A stretch of DNA of 64,000 bases from Tubulanus polymorphus (GCF_964204645.1 NC_134032.1:1422416-1486415), one strand, 5' to 3'; numbered from the stretch's first letter, positions 1 through 13,421 are shown. Notes: generated by a model from the letters alone, not told the origin. Translations and numbers: made by a program.

Positions 1-285
1 CATCATCTGAGGTTTTTGGTTTTGATAATCATGGTCAAACCGAGAAAAGAAATTGCAAATCTTTTTTATATTACCCTCTCCCCTCCCTCTTAGATACCCT
101 CACCTCTCCTAACGCTCCTTCCACTCTTCCACACTATACTCCGCTCTATCCACTCTCTTCTGTTCCACCGCACTATTCTGATCCTGTGTCTGTGTCGTTA
201 TGATGAAGTTGTATCCAGATAACAAACAGTCCCAGTGGAGCGATAAAACATATTGAGACATGTTCTCATTATACATCTTCGCTAA

Positions 286-716
<431 letters not shown>

Positions 717-1894
717 GAAAAATACCCGATTTGAAATCGGATAAATGCCATTGAAACTGGCTTTATACCGGAGGGTCCGTTATTCCCTATTCTTACACGA
801 TTTCAGCCTCTCGGTGACGTCACAGGGTTGGTTTCTATAGACACGGATAGATGTATCTCGCTAGTAACCGATAACTATTAATGCATTCGGTTAAAAAGTG
901 ATTTGTTTACCCAAATGGGACACTTTCCCACGCATTAGCGAAGCTTCCCTAATTGATACCGATCAGGGCAAACAAATGGCCATTCAAACTACACATTACC
1001 GCGGAAATATTTTCCATCATGTTCAGACCTTTGTAAAAAGCCTAAATTGGGGGCATTTCAATGTTGTGCTATCTATGATTTTGCTGTAATTTGGGCGGTT
1101 TCATGTTGTCGCTAATCTACGGCGAGTCGGTGCTCGATTAAGCGTTTAAAACGCGACCGTTAGGCCAGATACGTTTGAAATTCAAATTCCGATAGAAAAT
1201 CGGAATCGAATTCGATTTTACCCGGTAATCCTCGTCAATTGAATTAGTAGAAAGATTGATTTTCCTTCATTTAAACAAACTCATTTATTTTAAAAGTATT
1301 AGTTGCGCTATTTCATTGCCGTATTTGAATTTCTAAATTCACGGTTGCGTGTTTGTAACGAGGTGTTCAAGTCATCACCTACACTTACTGAACAGTTGAA
1401 ACAACGTCGGATTACCGGATTATCCTACGCCGCACGGATTAAAATGATGTCGTTTTTATTTACAGATTAGGCTTGATCGGGATCATCGACACGATATTCG
1501 ATTGTAAGCTGGTTTGGTTGTACCAAGGTAGGAAACGGTTTCTATAGTTTTGAATACATACATTGTTGACTGATACAGAGTGACTCGTTATTGACTAACA
1601 GAGTCTCACGCTACAAACTCACAGTCTCCCTCCCAGCATCCTCGCTTGCCAGGGGTCAGTATCACTCCCGAACTCGCTTCCACCAGCCCCCTGGCCTCAC
1701 GAAGCGTGATTTCATTACTGGCGCTGTTGCGCATGACGTCATATATCGATTTGCGAAATACTTCCTTGTTCGGTAAAACGTTCGCTGATTGGTCCATTTA
1801 ACGGGAAAACCAACAGAAGTCTACTGACGGTTTGTTACATGCGCTGTGATTGGTACGACCGGATTCTGGTCGGCTAGTAACGACTCCAACGACT

Positions 1895-2010
1895 CGTGAG
1901 GTCAAGGGGTTCGGGGGAACAGCTTTAGCGTAGTGGGTTCGAATCCCTTGACGAGTGAAGATGCCCTCCCAGGTTCAGTTGCGGGGTGAGGGTGGGTCCT
2001 GGGACACTAA
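1895..2010 (+). mobile_element. Possible degenerate tRNA-derived SINE fragment
   Basis: Perfect B-box/T-arm GGGTTCGAATCCC near 1935-1947; no clear A box or cloverleaf. Confidence 0.25.
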
Positions 2011-2444
2011 AGTTTGGCGCGAAGATTTTTTGAAGTTTTAGTTTGTAGCAGAACGATAAGAATTTACGAGATAGTTCGTAGCTTTCGTAGTTATAAGAGG
2101 AATGTCTGTTTATGACCGCCGGGGCTACGCGCAACGGGAATAATTCTGTAAATCGCGTGTAGACGCGTTTCGTAGAGAGAATGTGAACATGCGGCCGCGG
2201 CCGCCTGTCCACCGCAAAATCTACCACATCTCACGATTGAGTATCTCTGTAAATCAGTGTGTTCAAGACATGTTTTTCTACCTTGAAATAAGGATAATTT
2301 CCCTGTATTTATTTGACTGATTGATTTGATTCACACCAGCAGGGAATTCGACAACGTGTTTGTTTCTTAAAGTACGGTACAAATTAAGTTGGACGATATT
2401 CGTGGAAATCGAAGTTTGGAAGTTCCAATTCGTGTAAACAATAT

Positions 2445-2660
2445 TCCTTCCAGTCCGAACCGGTAACCGACTGTTTGGGGTTATCTTCATCGACTGTCTA
2501 ATTGAGCGCATCCGATATTTGAAAGTGTAAGCGTTAAAGATCATACGTTGTAATATTTGGTAGTTTTCCACGTGTAATATTCAGAAAGGTTTTAGTAATA
2601 TGTAATACATCTCCTCATCAAGAGTGTATAAATCGAATTCTCGAGATGGTTTGTTCCAGA
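2445..2660 (-). pseudogene. Possible decayed LINE (RTE-X-like) ORF2 C-terminal remnant
   Basis: Minus-strand pieces WNKPSRE, DEEMYYIL, NAYTFK and NSRLPVRTGR resemble NHRLPIETGR and GDEFHYIL motifs; frameshifted and motif order imperfect. Confidence 0.3.
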
Positions 2661-3065
2661 TGTTGACTATAGGGGTCGCGATCAGGGCTGAAAGGTACTC
2701 TAATCATCAGGTACTTTAGTAAGAATGAGGAAGGTACTCCAGCCGCCATGCGGTCGCTTGTTGCCGATCTTTTCACCCTGTCTATTTTAAAAAAAATCCT
2801 GTAATCTGTGCTGTGTAGAACATGTTTAAGAGGTGTATGTCAGATTGATAGACTGTAATGAGATGTCGGTTCATGCAACGGTTAAACCGGGTTTATCTAT
2901 AATCTACGTACCGTATCAGTTTTAATCTATCGCGCGGATCATCTCGGATACATTCAAGGCCGCGAACCGGTCACCAGACAGACCACGTGATTAGTACATC
3001 AGCTATTAGTATGATATCCCTTAATAACATAGATACAATGAAAGCTCGTTATAACGCTATAGTCC

Positions 3066-3423
3066 TGGGGCCGGTTACATAGTCAGGGCTTAGACTTAGA
3101 CCCGTCTAAGAACAACTTAGTTATATAGCCAATCTAACAACTTAAGACCAGTCTAAGCTGATTTTAGTTCTATAACCAATCAAACAACTTGAGACCAGTC
3201 TAGGACCAACTTAGTTATATAGCCAATCTAACAACTTAAGACCAGTCTAAGCTCATTTTAGTTCTATTACCAATCTAACAACTTAAGACCAGTCTAAGCT
3301 CATTTTAGTTCTATAGCCAATCTAACAACTTAAGACCAGTCTAAGCTCATTTGGTTCTATAACCAATCTAACAAAATAAGACCAGTCTAAACTCATTCTA
3401 GTTCTATAGCCAATCTAACAACT
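3066..3423 (+). repeat. 47-bp tandem array (about 7 copies) behind a MITE-like head
   Basis: Unit TTAAGACCAGTCTAAGCTCATTTTAGTTCTATAGCCAATCTAACAAC, preceded by CTGGGGCCGGTTACATAG. Confidence 0.9.
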
Positions 3424-4392
3424 CGTTGTAACGAATATTTTGAAACATTTTCGGTACAGGATTTATAATTCTAAACAGTGGGGATTGTATTCAGTTTGGA
3501 TCCTAAGGTTTGTTTTTGTTTTGGCTCTACGGATCTTGGTTTCCCAAGACTATGCCCTTTCATTTAACCTCATGACGGGACTGCGGTCTGGGCGCTCATT
3601 CATGTTCTCAAACTGTCTCAAAGTGCCGTCGTCTCGAGGTCGATGGACCTCTTGTCTAAAAAAGAAGTTTCCAGTTTTTTAGGCGCCATTTTGTACAATT
3701 GAATTTTCCTGTTTACTTAAGATTGGTGAAATGATCAACTCTGATCGACTCTGTGATCATTTCTGATCGAATCTGTGATCAACTCTGATCAACTCAGTCG
3801 ATCATTTCCACGAATGTTATGCGATATCTACAAGGCGTCGATCAACTTTGAGAGCCCTCGGTGGTTTAGATATAGCTGTTCGACGTGGTCAGTAATAATG
3901 AAACGGAGTCATCATAGTGGGACTTCTTCGATTATCGGAGTCATCATATCCGCCTAGAGTAAAGTCAGTCATCTAGACTCATAACCTTTTACAAGGCAAA
4001 ATGCCACGAGCAGATTTAAGCATATCGTCATCGTCATCGTCATCGTCGTATTGTGAAGGAAACAATTCTCAGCGTCGCATCGCGCGCTAATTAGTGATAG
4101 AGCTGATTTGTGACTTTTTACAATATCAAGGTGTCCAGGGGTTTGAATATTGAGGTATTTGTGTATAGTTTCATGGGGAGCCTGATTCTCATCAATAAGC
4201 CGTTTATAGTAAGTCAGCTAACGGCACTTTTAGCGACAGAAGAGTCGACTGACTGTCTGTCTGTCTCTCTGTCTGTCTATCTGTCTGTCTGTCTGTCGGT
4301 ATTTCCGTACATATATCTCACAGTTCCACAGTTTCGGTGATTTTAATCATGGAATATAAAACGAAACAGTCAATATAAAAGTCATTGACTTT

Positions 4393-4857
4393 GGATCCAG
4401 CTCAGCAGTTGTCTGGCAGTTCAACAGGGTTTGATTTGACCCCGGGTCCCGTTCAACAGCTGTGTGGGTTTTATTTGTGCCCGGGTCCAGTTCCACAGTT
4501 GTGTGGGTTTAATTTGACTCTGGACCCAGTTCCACAGTTGTGTGGGTTTAATTTGACTCTGGACCCAGTTCCACAGTTGTGTGGGTTTAATTTGACCCCG
4601 GGTCCAGTCCCACAGTTGTATGGGTTTTATTTGACCCCGGGTCCAGTTCCACAGTCATGTGGATTTAATTTGACTCTGGACCCAGTTCCACAGCTATGTG
4701 GGTTTATTCGACCCTGGATCCAGTTCCACAGTTGTGTGGGTTTATTCGACCCTGGGTCCAGTTCCACAGTTGTGTGGGTTTATTCGACCCTGGGTCCAGT
4801 TCCACAGTTGTGTGGGCGTATTCGACTCTGGACCCAGTTCCACAGTTGTGTGGATTC
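4393..4857 (+). repeat. 38/39-bp minisatellite (about 12 copies) matching a MITE terminus
   Basis: Unit GGACCCAGTTCCACAGTTGTGTGGGTTTAATTTGACTCT; matches ends of elements at 44378, 47826 and 62493. Confidence 0.95.
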
Positions 4858-5078
4858 AAAAAACATGATGTCGAAAGTATTTATTGCGTTGAACGTATAG
4901 CGCCGAGCAGGTGAGATTTACGCAAACCTAGTCGATATAAACCGAACATTCACATTACTTTCTAATTTATACCACGATACATTTAGATAATACCAAATCT
5001 TTTTCTCACGATCAGGTCCTGCAGTTGTGCAAAGAATTTTAGATAACTTTAGTGAAAATTAAACGGTTTATTCATGCA

Positions 5079-5180
5079 GGCGCTGTGGTCGAGTGGTCTA
5101 AGCTGCCGGTCACTGGTCTCGTCAATCCAAGGTTTATTGGTTCAAATCCTGGTGGCGACAGAGGTTTTTGGCCGAAGGTT
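5079..5180 (+). mobile_element. tRNA-derived SINE head, family A
   Basis: A box TGGTCGAGTGG, B box GGTTCAAATCC; homologous to the minus-strand copy at 16622-16710. Confidence 0.75.
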
Positions 5181-6518
5181 TTTTCTCTGGTCCATTGGGA
5201 AAAAAGAAATCTAATTTTTGAAAAAAAATCAAGTAAACAAGAGAGGTCCACCGACCTTGAGACTTCGTCGTAACGAATCTCAAATTAGAAATTTTATTTG
5301 AAGGCGCAGGGAAGTTCGCAAACACTTTAGCTATCGGTTCACACCGCGCCTGCCTATATACCACAAACAGCTTCACCCCGAGAATACCCCGATTTTATCA
5401 ATAACTGCGGCGTATATACTATAGCTATCAATCAAGTCGACGATAAATTGTCGAATTGGTATCTTATCCATTTAGTAGTCAGTTCGACTGGGTTGTGTTG
5501 ATCAAGTCTAATTTTACACGTAACATTAGTTCGAGGTCAAAATCTTTTAAACTGTTTTAACTCGTCGAAAATTTAAGAAGGATTAACATCGTTGTGGCTA
5601 TCATCTACACTACTGGTGCCTGTTTTTAGAATAAAGCGGTTTCCAGTATCTAGGTGCTATAACATGGCGGTCCCTCGAGGTACACGTTGTGGCAGATTTC
5701 ATTTCCTTCAGAATGACGTATGAATTAAGCGAGGGACTGCACTACAGAGCTTATTGAAATTCAATCTAAACTTATATATATATATACGTTTCAAAAAAAT
5801 TATCGCAACAATGCGGACCTCATAGGACCGCCACAAAATGGCGCCTAGAAACCGGAAACTGGTTTATTGAGTTGAAACGTCACAAAATCATTCGCTTGTT
5901 TTTTCTTCAATCGTATTCGTCGGTTTGTCTTTAACATATGGAAATTTGAAAGCATTTGATTAGAAAACCATCGTTTTAACGTCATTTTTTAATACAGTGT
6001 TAATAGTGGAATGCGCTCGTAACGTTGACAGTAGAATTTAAACGGCTACAAAGAAACCTTTTATTTTCTCACTACGCGCTATTATCAACACTATCGGATA
6101 TAAACACGTCGCTCATGTCGTACACGCTTCACTTTTCATATTTCGTTGCCGTTGGGAAATAGATTTTTCACTCGATTGTCTCAATTTCACACAGAAGGCA
6201 CTCGTTTCTTTTCTGCCAGTTTTCTCTGGAAAATCAGTCACGTTGTTGTTGGACTTGTGTTCAACGTAGACCCAGTTCCCAGTTCTCATCTGCGTAGGTT
6301 CGCAATCACTCGTCAAATTATTTTCATTCGATTATTATGAATGTGGAACTCGTTAAAGTTGCAGCCCGTCTAACTTCGATTTAGCCCCCCATTCAGTTTG
6401 AAGATTTGAATCGTGACTTTTCAACAGAAACGTTTGGGCCCGGTCCCACAGGTCCTACACTATAACTCACAGTTACTGATCCTGGGTTCTACCGTTCTCG
6501 ACCGTGTTTTACGGTTCT

Positions 6519-6895
6519 GGACCCAGTTCTGCAGTTTTGATTCCAGCCCGATCCACAGTTCTGATTCCAGCCCGACAATTCTGATTCCTGTCCGACTAAT
6601 TCCAGTCCGACAATTCTGATTCCAGCCTGACAGTTCTGATTTCAGTCCGACAATTCTGATTCCAGCCCGACAGTTCTGATTCCAGTCCGACAATTCTGAT
6701 TCCAGCCCGACAGTTCTGATTCCAGCCCGACAGTTCTGATTCCAGCCCGACAGTTCTGATTCCAGCCCGACAGTTCTGATTCCAGTCCGACAGTTCTGAT
6801 TCCAGTCCGACAGTTCTGATTCCAGCCCGACATTTCTGAGCTAAATTTAAATAGTTCATTTTCGATATTTTGACTCTTAATCTAATCTAATCAGA
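6519..6895 (+). repeat. 20-bp minisatellite (about 15 copies, 6540-6835) inside a degenerate MITE copy
   Basis: Unit ACAGTTCTGATTCCAGCCCG; left flank GGACCCAGTTC, right flank CTGAGCTAAA...GTTCATTTTCGATATTTTGACTC like the interior of the 62493 element. Confidence 0.9.
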
Positions 6896-7299
6896 TTTTT
6901 GCAGTCGAAAAGTCCAATATTCGAAATGAACTAATTTGTAAACGGATAGCTGCAGAATTCGTTGCTGATCAAGAATATGAAGTGGGTTGATAAAAATGAT
7001 ACTCGCCTCCAGTTATCCCGAACGAAAGACCGTCAGTGTTCGCTGTTTATTCGGCATATAGGAATTGTTTACTCTGGGTTACAAAAATACAAACTTCTTT
7101 CACTGTAAATAATCTATGACGTATGAAACCCGTAATGTATATTGGCCTATACCGGGTATTTATAGATAGATAGTTAGTTAGTTAGTTAGCGGCGCAGCTG
7201 TATGTAACTATTAGTACATCAAATTGAAGCGACCAATTGAAAATAGGATCGAAACCGTACACTTTGTACGAATCTAAACAAGAAAAATAACTTGGAAGT

Positions 7300-7495
7300 T
7301 TATTGACCCCTTGAAAAAGAGAACATATTTATTGTCGACAATAAACATTATATGGCCTGATATGAATTATATGATATTAAGGGTCCATAAAGTTATTTTG
7401 GATTTGAATATACCGATAATTGAATTGAATTGACCGGTAACCAGTCTAGCTCCGATACATTGATGACGTAGTGGACATCCGCTCGAAAACAATGA
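7300..7495 (+). mobile_element. Dispersed ~190-bp repeat family B, copy 1
   Basis: Shares TATGAATTATATGATAT and TTGAATTG(A/G)ATTGACCGG(T/C)AACCAGTC...GATGACGTAGT with 19779-19965 and inverted 42935-43120. Confidence 0.8.
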
Positions 7496-7509
7496 TTATA
7501 ATTTATCAA

Positions 7510-7594
7510 ATATTTGGTCAGAGTTATTATTTTATTCTATCAAAAAATCTAAACGACGTTTCGATCTCGCTCTAGAGATCATATAGTCAGACGT
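7510..7594 (-). mobile_element. Penelope-like terminus with degenerate minimal hammerhead motif
   Basis: Minus strand CTGACTATAT-GATCTC-TAGAGC-GAGATC-GAAACGTC: perfect 6-bp stem II plus GAAA; CUGAnGA box damaged. Confidence 0.45.
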
Positions 7595-8178
7595 GGGCTG
7601 GTTAGTATTTTTTGTAGCTGGAGTTGAATCGTAGAAAATATCCTGCATTTTGTGAAATAAATCATGTTTAAAACACGTTACCTCGCTTCATATCATGACG
7701 TTGACGTCGACTAGGCGTTGATTACTTAGAATGAAACGTGTTTGATGAATTTGTTTTTTTGTTGTTCGTGATTATTACCGCTTTTCGGATATTGCGTGAT
7801 AGCGAAGGAAGGTTTTTATATGCTTTTGATTAAATCAAAGAAATAATTTTTTCGACATTTAGAATTAGTTAATCATTTAGAATGGGGGGTTGGCGGTGGT
7901 GACCTTGACCGAATAGTGTCGGCTGCGACGACGACTTCGTGGTTGGCCATGCAATTATATAATTTGTTTTTTTTTCTGCCGTCGCGCACGCAATCCCCTG
8001 ACGGCAATTTCTTAAAGTGGTTTCATCTCAGGCCACCACGGATCTGCGTAAGATACCTGCTGGTTTCCACCGCCGTCGAGTTGGATTTTTTTTTTCGCGT
8101 CGAACAACGAAAAAGTCTGGCCCGTCATTTAAACAGCGATCGCGGAAAAATCCCTTATCGAAATTGGGAGTATGCGAC

Positions 8179-8245
8179 GCTACTGTGGCAATCGAGGATT
8201 CCACTTTATTGGCGAGCGAGGACGTATAGCGCGGTTGTCGCTAGT
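8179..8245 (+). repeat. Dispersed bipartite element family C, copy
   Basis: GCTACTGTGGCAATCGAGGAT...TGTCGCTAGT; other copies at 42461, 52230(-), 61130, 63726(-). Confidence 0.75.
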
Positions 8246-8724
8246 AGTTACTCGGTAAATTGCTTCTGAATTTCGGTTAAAATCGAATGGAATTTTCTGC
8301 TCAACATTTCTTGATGAGAACTGGACCAATCACTTAGTAGAGAAATGAATTCAACCTATATTTGGTGGGCTCTTTGTTAATGTATGGATCCAGAGAGCCT
8401 ATAAAATACATTTCAAAATTGTTGATAATTTGAAAACATTAAACTGAGTGTTTACCACTCCATCTGGCGGGATAACTGGTAGTTTTAAGTAGCTTTATAA
8501 ACAGATGAACAATTTTACAGTATGATTAAGTCTTTTGAAAAGACATTATTAGCAGTAGCTGGTGACGCTTTTCGAATACCATTTTCAAGTATTGAAAATC
8601 TTTCTATGTCGTACCACCACGACAACCCCTAACCCCCCCCACGATGTTATCGAATCGAATGTCATTCGTAATCGCGTATTATGATGACGTCATAAGAGGA
8701 ATAGAGCCGATAACCTCAACAGTT

Positions 8725-8787
8725 GATCACCCCGGCGGGCGATCACCCCAGCAGGCGATCACCCCAGCAGGCGATCACCCCAGCAGG
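8725..8787. repeat. 16-bp tandem repeat (about 4 copies)
   Basis: GATCACCCCAGCAGGC repeated. Confidence 0.85.
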
Positions 8788-9054
8788 CTCGTCATCCGTC
8801 GAACGGAATCGTGGTGGTATCGAAAGTAATGATTGATAGGAATAGTGAAATAGATTTGAGTGATATGACGTGATTAGCGGATGGTGATGGGATTCGAATC
8901 CGATAAACAGATAATCGTTCGTCGTCAATTCTCCTGCTGCGGCAGGCGACCTCGGGCACCTGCTGCGGCAGGCGACTACAGTTATTTAGCTATTAAATTG
9001 CATCTCGCGTGTTATTACTGTTTTCAGATGCTAATAGAATAAATCACGCGTACA

Positions 9055-9280
9055 TACATTGTAATACGTGCCGTAATACATTGTAATATGTGCCGTAATA
9101 CATTGTAATATACATTGAAATCGGACTGTTATATATCATTTATTATACATTGTAACACTATAATTCAATTAATTATTCACACTGTATTGCATTCACACTG
9201 TAACATACACTGAAATGCATCGTAAAATTCACATAAACATTGTAATATATGCTGTTATACACTGTAATACATCGTTATAC
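9055..9280. repeat. Degenerate AT-rich tandem repeat
   Basis: Recurrent ATACATTGTAATA core with ~22-bp period at the start. Confidence 0.65.
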
Positions 9281-9914
9281 GGTGGACGTGGTAGTTTAAA
9301 ATGTCCGTGGTTGTACACTTTGATAAATTGTAATATACCGTCTTAAATGTGATACGATTTTGACCAATTTAATGTACGGTTTTATGTCAAACATTTCACC
9401 CCAAATTGGTTTAAAGGCCCGGATCCATCCCTATTGGAGTCTATCGGTAATTCACGTCACACAGGTTTGTCATGACTGCTGTTCCGAATACTACCGAGTT
9501 TTGATAGAGCTATAAGTTCCCTGTACATGCAGCAGCAGTAGCAGCAGCGACAAGCGACGTTTCTCCCACACTTTTTTTTCTCGGGTCGCTCTGTTTTTTC
9601 TACGTGCCGTTACGACCGTTATTTCGTGTTGTTGATAAGAAAGTACACAAAATAACGGTCAGTTCGGTCTACACACTCTCCGCGAGGGGATAATTAACTC
9701 TTGCTGCCATCGTCGTTTCGCTAGATAAATAGACCGATTCGTCCAACCAGTAAATTTGCATATCGTGCCTTGCATAACATCACGCGTCGACGCCAGTGTC
9801 TGTGTGTGTGTACTGTACAACTTTCACATCGCCCAGTTGAAAACTTTCCCTGTTTGTTTGCATCGTTTTGTCCGATTGAGCGGAGCTTCTGTGGTGAATA
9901 TACAAAATTGTATA

Positions 9915-12425
9915 ACCGACTGTGCCACTTTATTTGTCGAGGATCCACAAGGGGCGCTAGTCTAGCCGGATATGTTAACCAGATCGTCGACAGTGCTATT
10001 GTGGCAGTCGAGGATTCACTAGGGGCGCTAGTCTAGCCGGATATGTTAACCAGATCGTCGACAGTGCTACTGTGGCAGTCGAGGATCCACTAGGGGCGCT
10101 AGTGTAGCCGGATATGTTAACTAGATCACCGACAGTGCCACTTTATTTGTCGAGGAACCACAAGGGGCGCTAGTGTAGCCGGATATGTTAACTAGATCAC
10201 CGACAGTGCCACTTTATTTGTCGAGGAACCACAAGGGGCGCTAGTGTAGCCGGATATGTTAACTAGATCGCTGATAGTGCTATTGTGGCAGTCGAGGATC
10301 CACTAGGGGCGCTAGTGTAGCCGGATATGTTAACTAGATCGCTGATAGTGCTATTGTGGCAGTCGAGGATCCACTAGGGGCGCTAGTGTAGCCGGATATG
10401 TTAACTAGATCACCGACAGTGCTACTGTGGCAGTCGAGGATCCACTAGGGGCGCTAGTGTAGCCGGATATGTTAACTAGATCGCCGACAGTGCTACTGTG
10501 GCAGTCGAGGATCCACTAGGGGCGCTAGTGTAGCCGGATATGTTAACCAGATCGTCGACAGTGCTACTGTGGCAGTCGAGGATCCACTAGGGGTGCTAGT
10601 CTAGCCGGATATGTTAACTAGATCGCTGATAGTGCTATTGTGGCAGTCGAGGATCCACTAGGGGCGCTAGTGTAGCCGGATATGTTAACTAGATCGCCGA
10701 CAGTGCTACTGTGGCAGTCGAGGATCCACTAGGGGCGCTAGTGTAGCCGGATATGTTAACTAGATCGCCGACAGTGCTACTGTGGCAGTCGAGGATCCAC
10801 TAGGGGCGCTAGTCTAGCCGGATATGTTAACCAGATCGTCGACAGTGCTACTGTGGCAGTCGAGGATCCACTAGGGGCGCTAGTCTAGCCGGATATGTTA
10901 ACCAGATCGTCGACAGTGCTACTGTGGCAGTCGAGGATCCACTAGGGGCGCTAGTCTAGCCGGATATGTTAACCAGATCGTCGACAGTGCTACTGTGGCA
11001 GTCGAGGATCCACTAGGGGCACTAGTCTAGCCGGATATGTTAACCGGATCGTCGACAGTGCTACTGTGGCAGTCGAGGATCCACTAGGGGCGCTAGTCTA
11101 GCCGGATATGTTAACCAGATCGTCGACAGTGCTACTGTGGCAGTCGAGGATCCGCTAGGGGCGCTAGTGTAGCCAGATATGTTAACTAGATCACCGACAG
11201 TGCTACTGTGGCAGTCGAGGATCCACTAGGGGCGCTAGTCTAGCCGGATATGTTAACCAGATCGTCGACAGTGCTACTGTGGCAGTCGAGGATCCACTAG
11301 GGGCGCTAGTCTAGCCGGATATGTTAACCAGATCGTCGACAGTGCTACTGTGGCAGTCGAGGATCCACTAGGGGCACTAGTCTAGCCGGATATGTTAACC
11401 GGATCGTCGACAGTGCTACTGTGGCAGTCGAGGATCCACTAGGGGCGCTAGTCTAGCCGGATATGTTAACCAGATCGTCGACAGTGCTACTGTGGCAGTC
11501 GAGGATCCACTAGGGGCACTAGTCTAGCCGGATATGTTAACCGGATCGTCGACAGTGCTACTGTGGCAGTCGAGGATCCACTAGGGGCGCTAGTCTAGCC
11601 GGATATGTTAACCAGATCGTCGACAGTGCTACTGTGGCAGTCGAGGATCCACTAGGGGCACTAGTCTAGCCGGATATGTTAACCAGATCGTCGACAGTGC
11701 TACTGTGGCAGTCGAGGATCCACTAGGGGCGCTAGTCTAGCCGGATATGTTAACCGGATCGTCGACAGTGCTACTGTGGCAGTCGAGGATCCACTAGGGG
11801 CGCTAGTCTAGCCGGATATGTTAACCAGATCGTCGACAGTGCTACTGTGGCAGTCGAGGATCCACTAGGGGCACTAGTCTAGCCGGATATGTTAACCAGA
11901 TCGTCGACAGTGCTACTGTGGTAGTCGAGGATCCACTAGGGGCGCTAGTGTAGCCGGATATGTTAACTAGATCGCTGATAGTGCTATTGTGGCAGTCGAG
12001 GATCCACTAGGGGCGCTAGTGTAGCCGGATATGTTAACTAGATCGCCGGCAGTGCTACTGTGGCAGTCGAGGATCCACTAGGGGCGCTAGTGTAGCCGGA
12101 TATGTTAACTAGATCGCTGATAGTGCTATTGTGGCAGTCGAGGATCCACTAGGGGCGCTAGTGTAGCCGGATATGTGAACTAGATCGCCGACAGTGCTAT
12201 TGTGGCAGTCGAGGATCCACTATGGGGGCTAGTGTAGCCGGATATGTTAACTAGATCGCCGACAGTGCTACTGTGGCAGTCGAGGATCCACTAGGGGCGC
12301 TAGTGTAGCCGGATATGTTAACTAGATCGCCGACAGTGCTACTGTGGCAGTCGAGGGTCCGCTAGGGGCGCTAGTGTGGCCAGTTATGCTAGCTAGATCG
12401 CCGACACTGCTACCGCGCGTCAAGC
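9915..12425 (+). repeat. 71-bp satellite array, about 35 copies
   Basis: Unit GGATCCACTAGGGGCGCTAGTCTAGCCGGATATGTTAACCAGATCGTCGACAGTGCTACTGTGGCAGTCGA; exact 71-bp period from 9941 to 12355; decayed unit to about 12515. Confidence 0.99.
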
Positions 12426-13421
12426 ATCCACTCAAGAGGAGCTAGCTATAAAGTTGCCGGATGCTAGATACCCGACAGTGCTACTCTGGCAGTCGAGGAG
12501 CCACACTAGACAGTGTATAGATTCGGTCGGGTCTGTTGTACTTATGCAAGTCATGTGCATATCCAATACCGCTAGGAGTAATGAGAGCTGACCACTGTCC
12601 GAACTGACCAGCGAACCGAACCCCTCTTGGGGGCAGACATTGCGCTTCAATGCGAATATCTATCGAAAAACGTCTCCTGCAATGGTCGATACGGCGGCTC
12701 TTGTGACGTCATCGGTTTTTGCATACTTTATATACATAAATTGACCCGAGAGCGCTTTCAACGAGTCGATACTTAACAGTCGCGAATCGAAATGTCCTCT
12801 CAGATCTACCATGAATATGTTGGCAATCGAAACGTCCTCTCAGGTCTACCGTCGATCCGAGTTCCTTTCAACCGGAATTTCCAATCATCGGTAGCCACAA
12901 ACCTTCAAAAGATCGCGCGCATCGATGAAATGTAATTATCGTCACCGCATCGATTGAGACGCTTTGATGTTGATGTTATTTCAATTTAAGAATCACAGCT
13001 GTTTATTGATACCTCCACCAACACGTGTGGCAATTTAATTCAATTAATATTTATTGACGCTTTGGGTTACAATATAAATCAACAATACAAATCATTAAAC
13101 TGTTACTTACAAGGCAACAAACGAACAAACCGTAATAAACTCCTAGAACATTGACAAATTGACTGGGCTAGCTCCAGCATTTGCTGAGAGACCCTTATAT
13201 CACAAACGGCAGGAAAATAAGCAACAACAAAAAAAGCAGCGTCGCTGATAGCGCAGTAAATATGCACCGGTATGTACTGCACATATGATTTTCCAGTCTT
13301 AGGGGAATATTACTGGTTGCCCGCCCCGTACAACCATGGACTCGATTCGTTTAGGGTCCATGATACAACCCGCAACTACAGACTCCCCGACTCCTCATTT
13401 CTCTTCGCGCAGAACACCCCT

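Noticed and set aside
193-260. C/D box snoRNA
   Set aside because: C box present but D box is TTGA and no recognisable guide sequence.
5079-5160. Functional tRNA gene (also 16630-16710, 28934-29015)
   Set aside because: A/B boxes present but stems do not close into a cloverleaf; SINE-like context.
9915-12425. CRISPR-like array
   Set aside because: Units are homologous along their whole length with no unique spacers; no cas genes; eukaryotic context.
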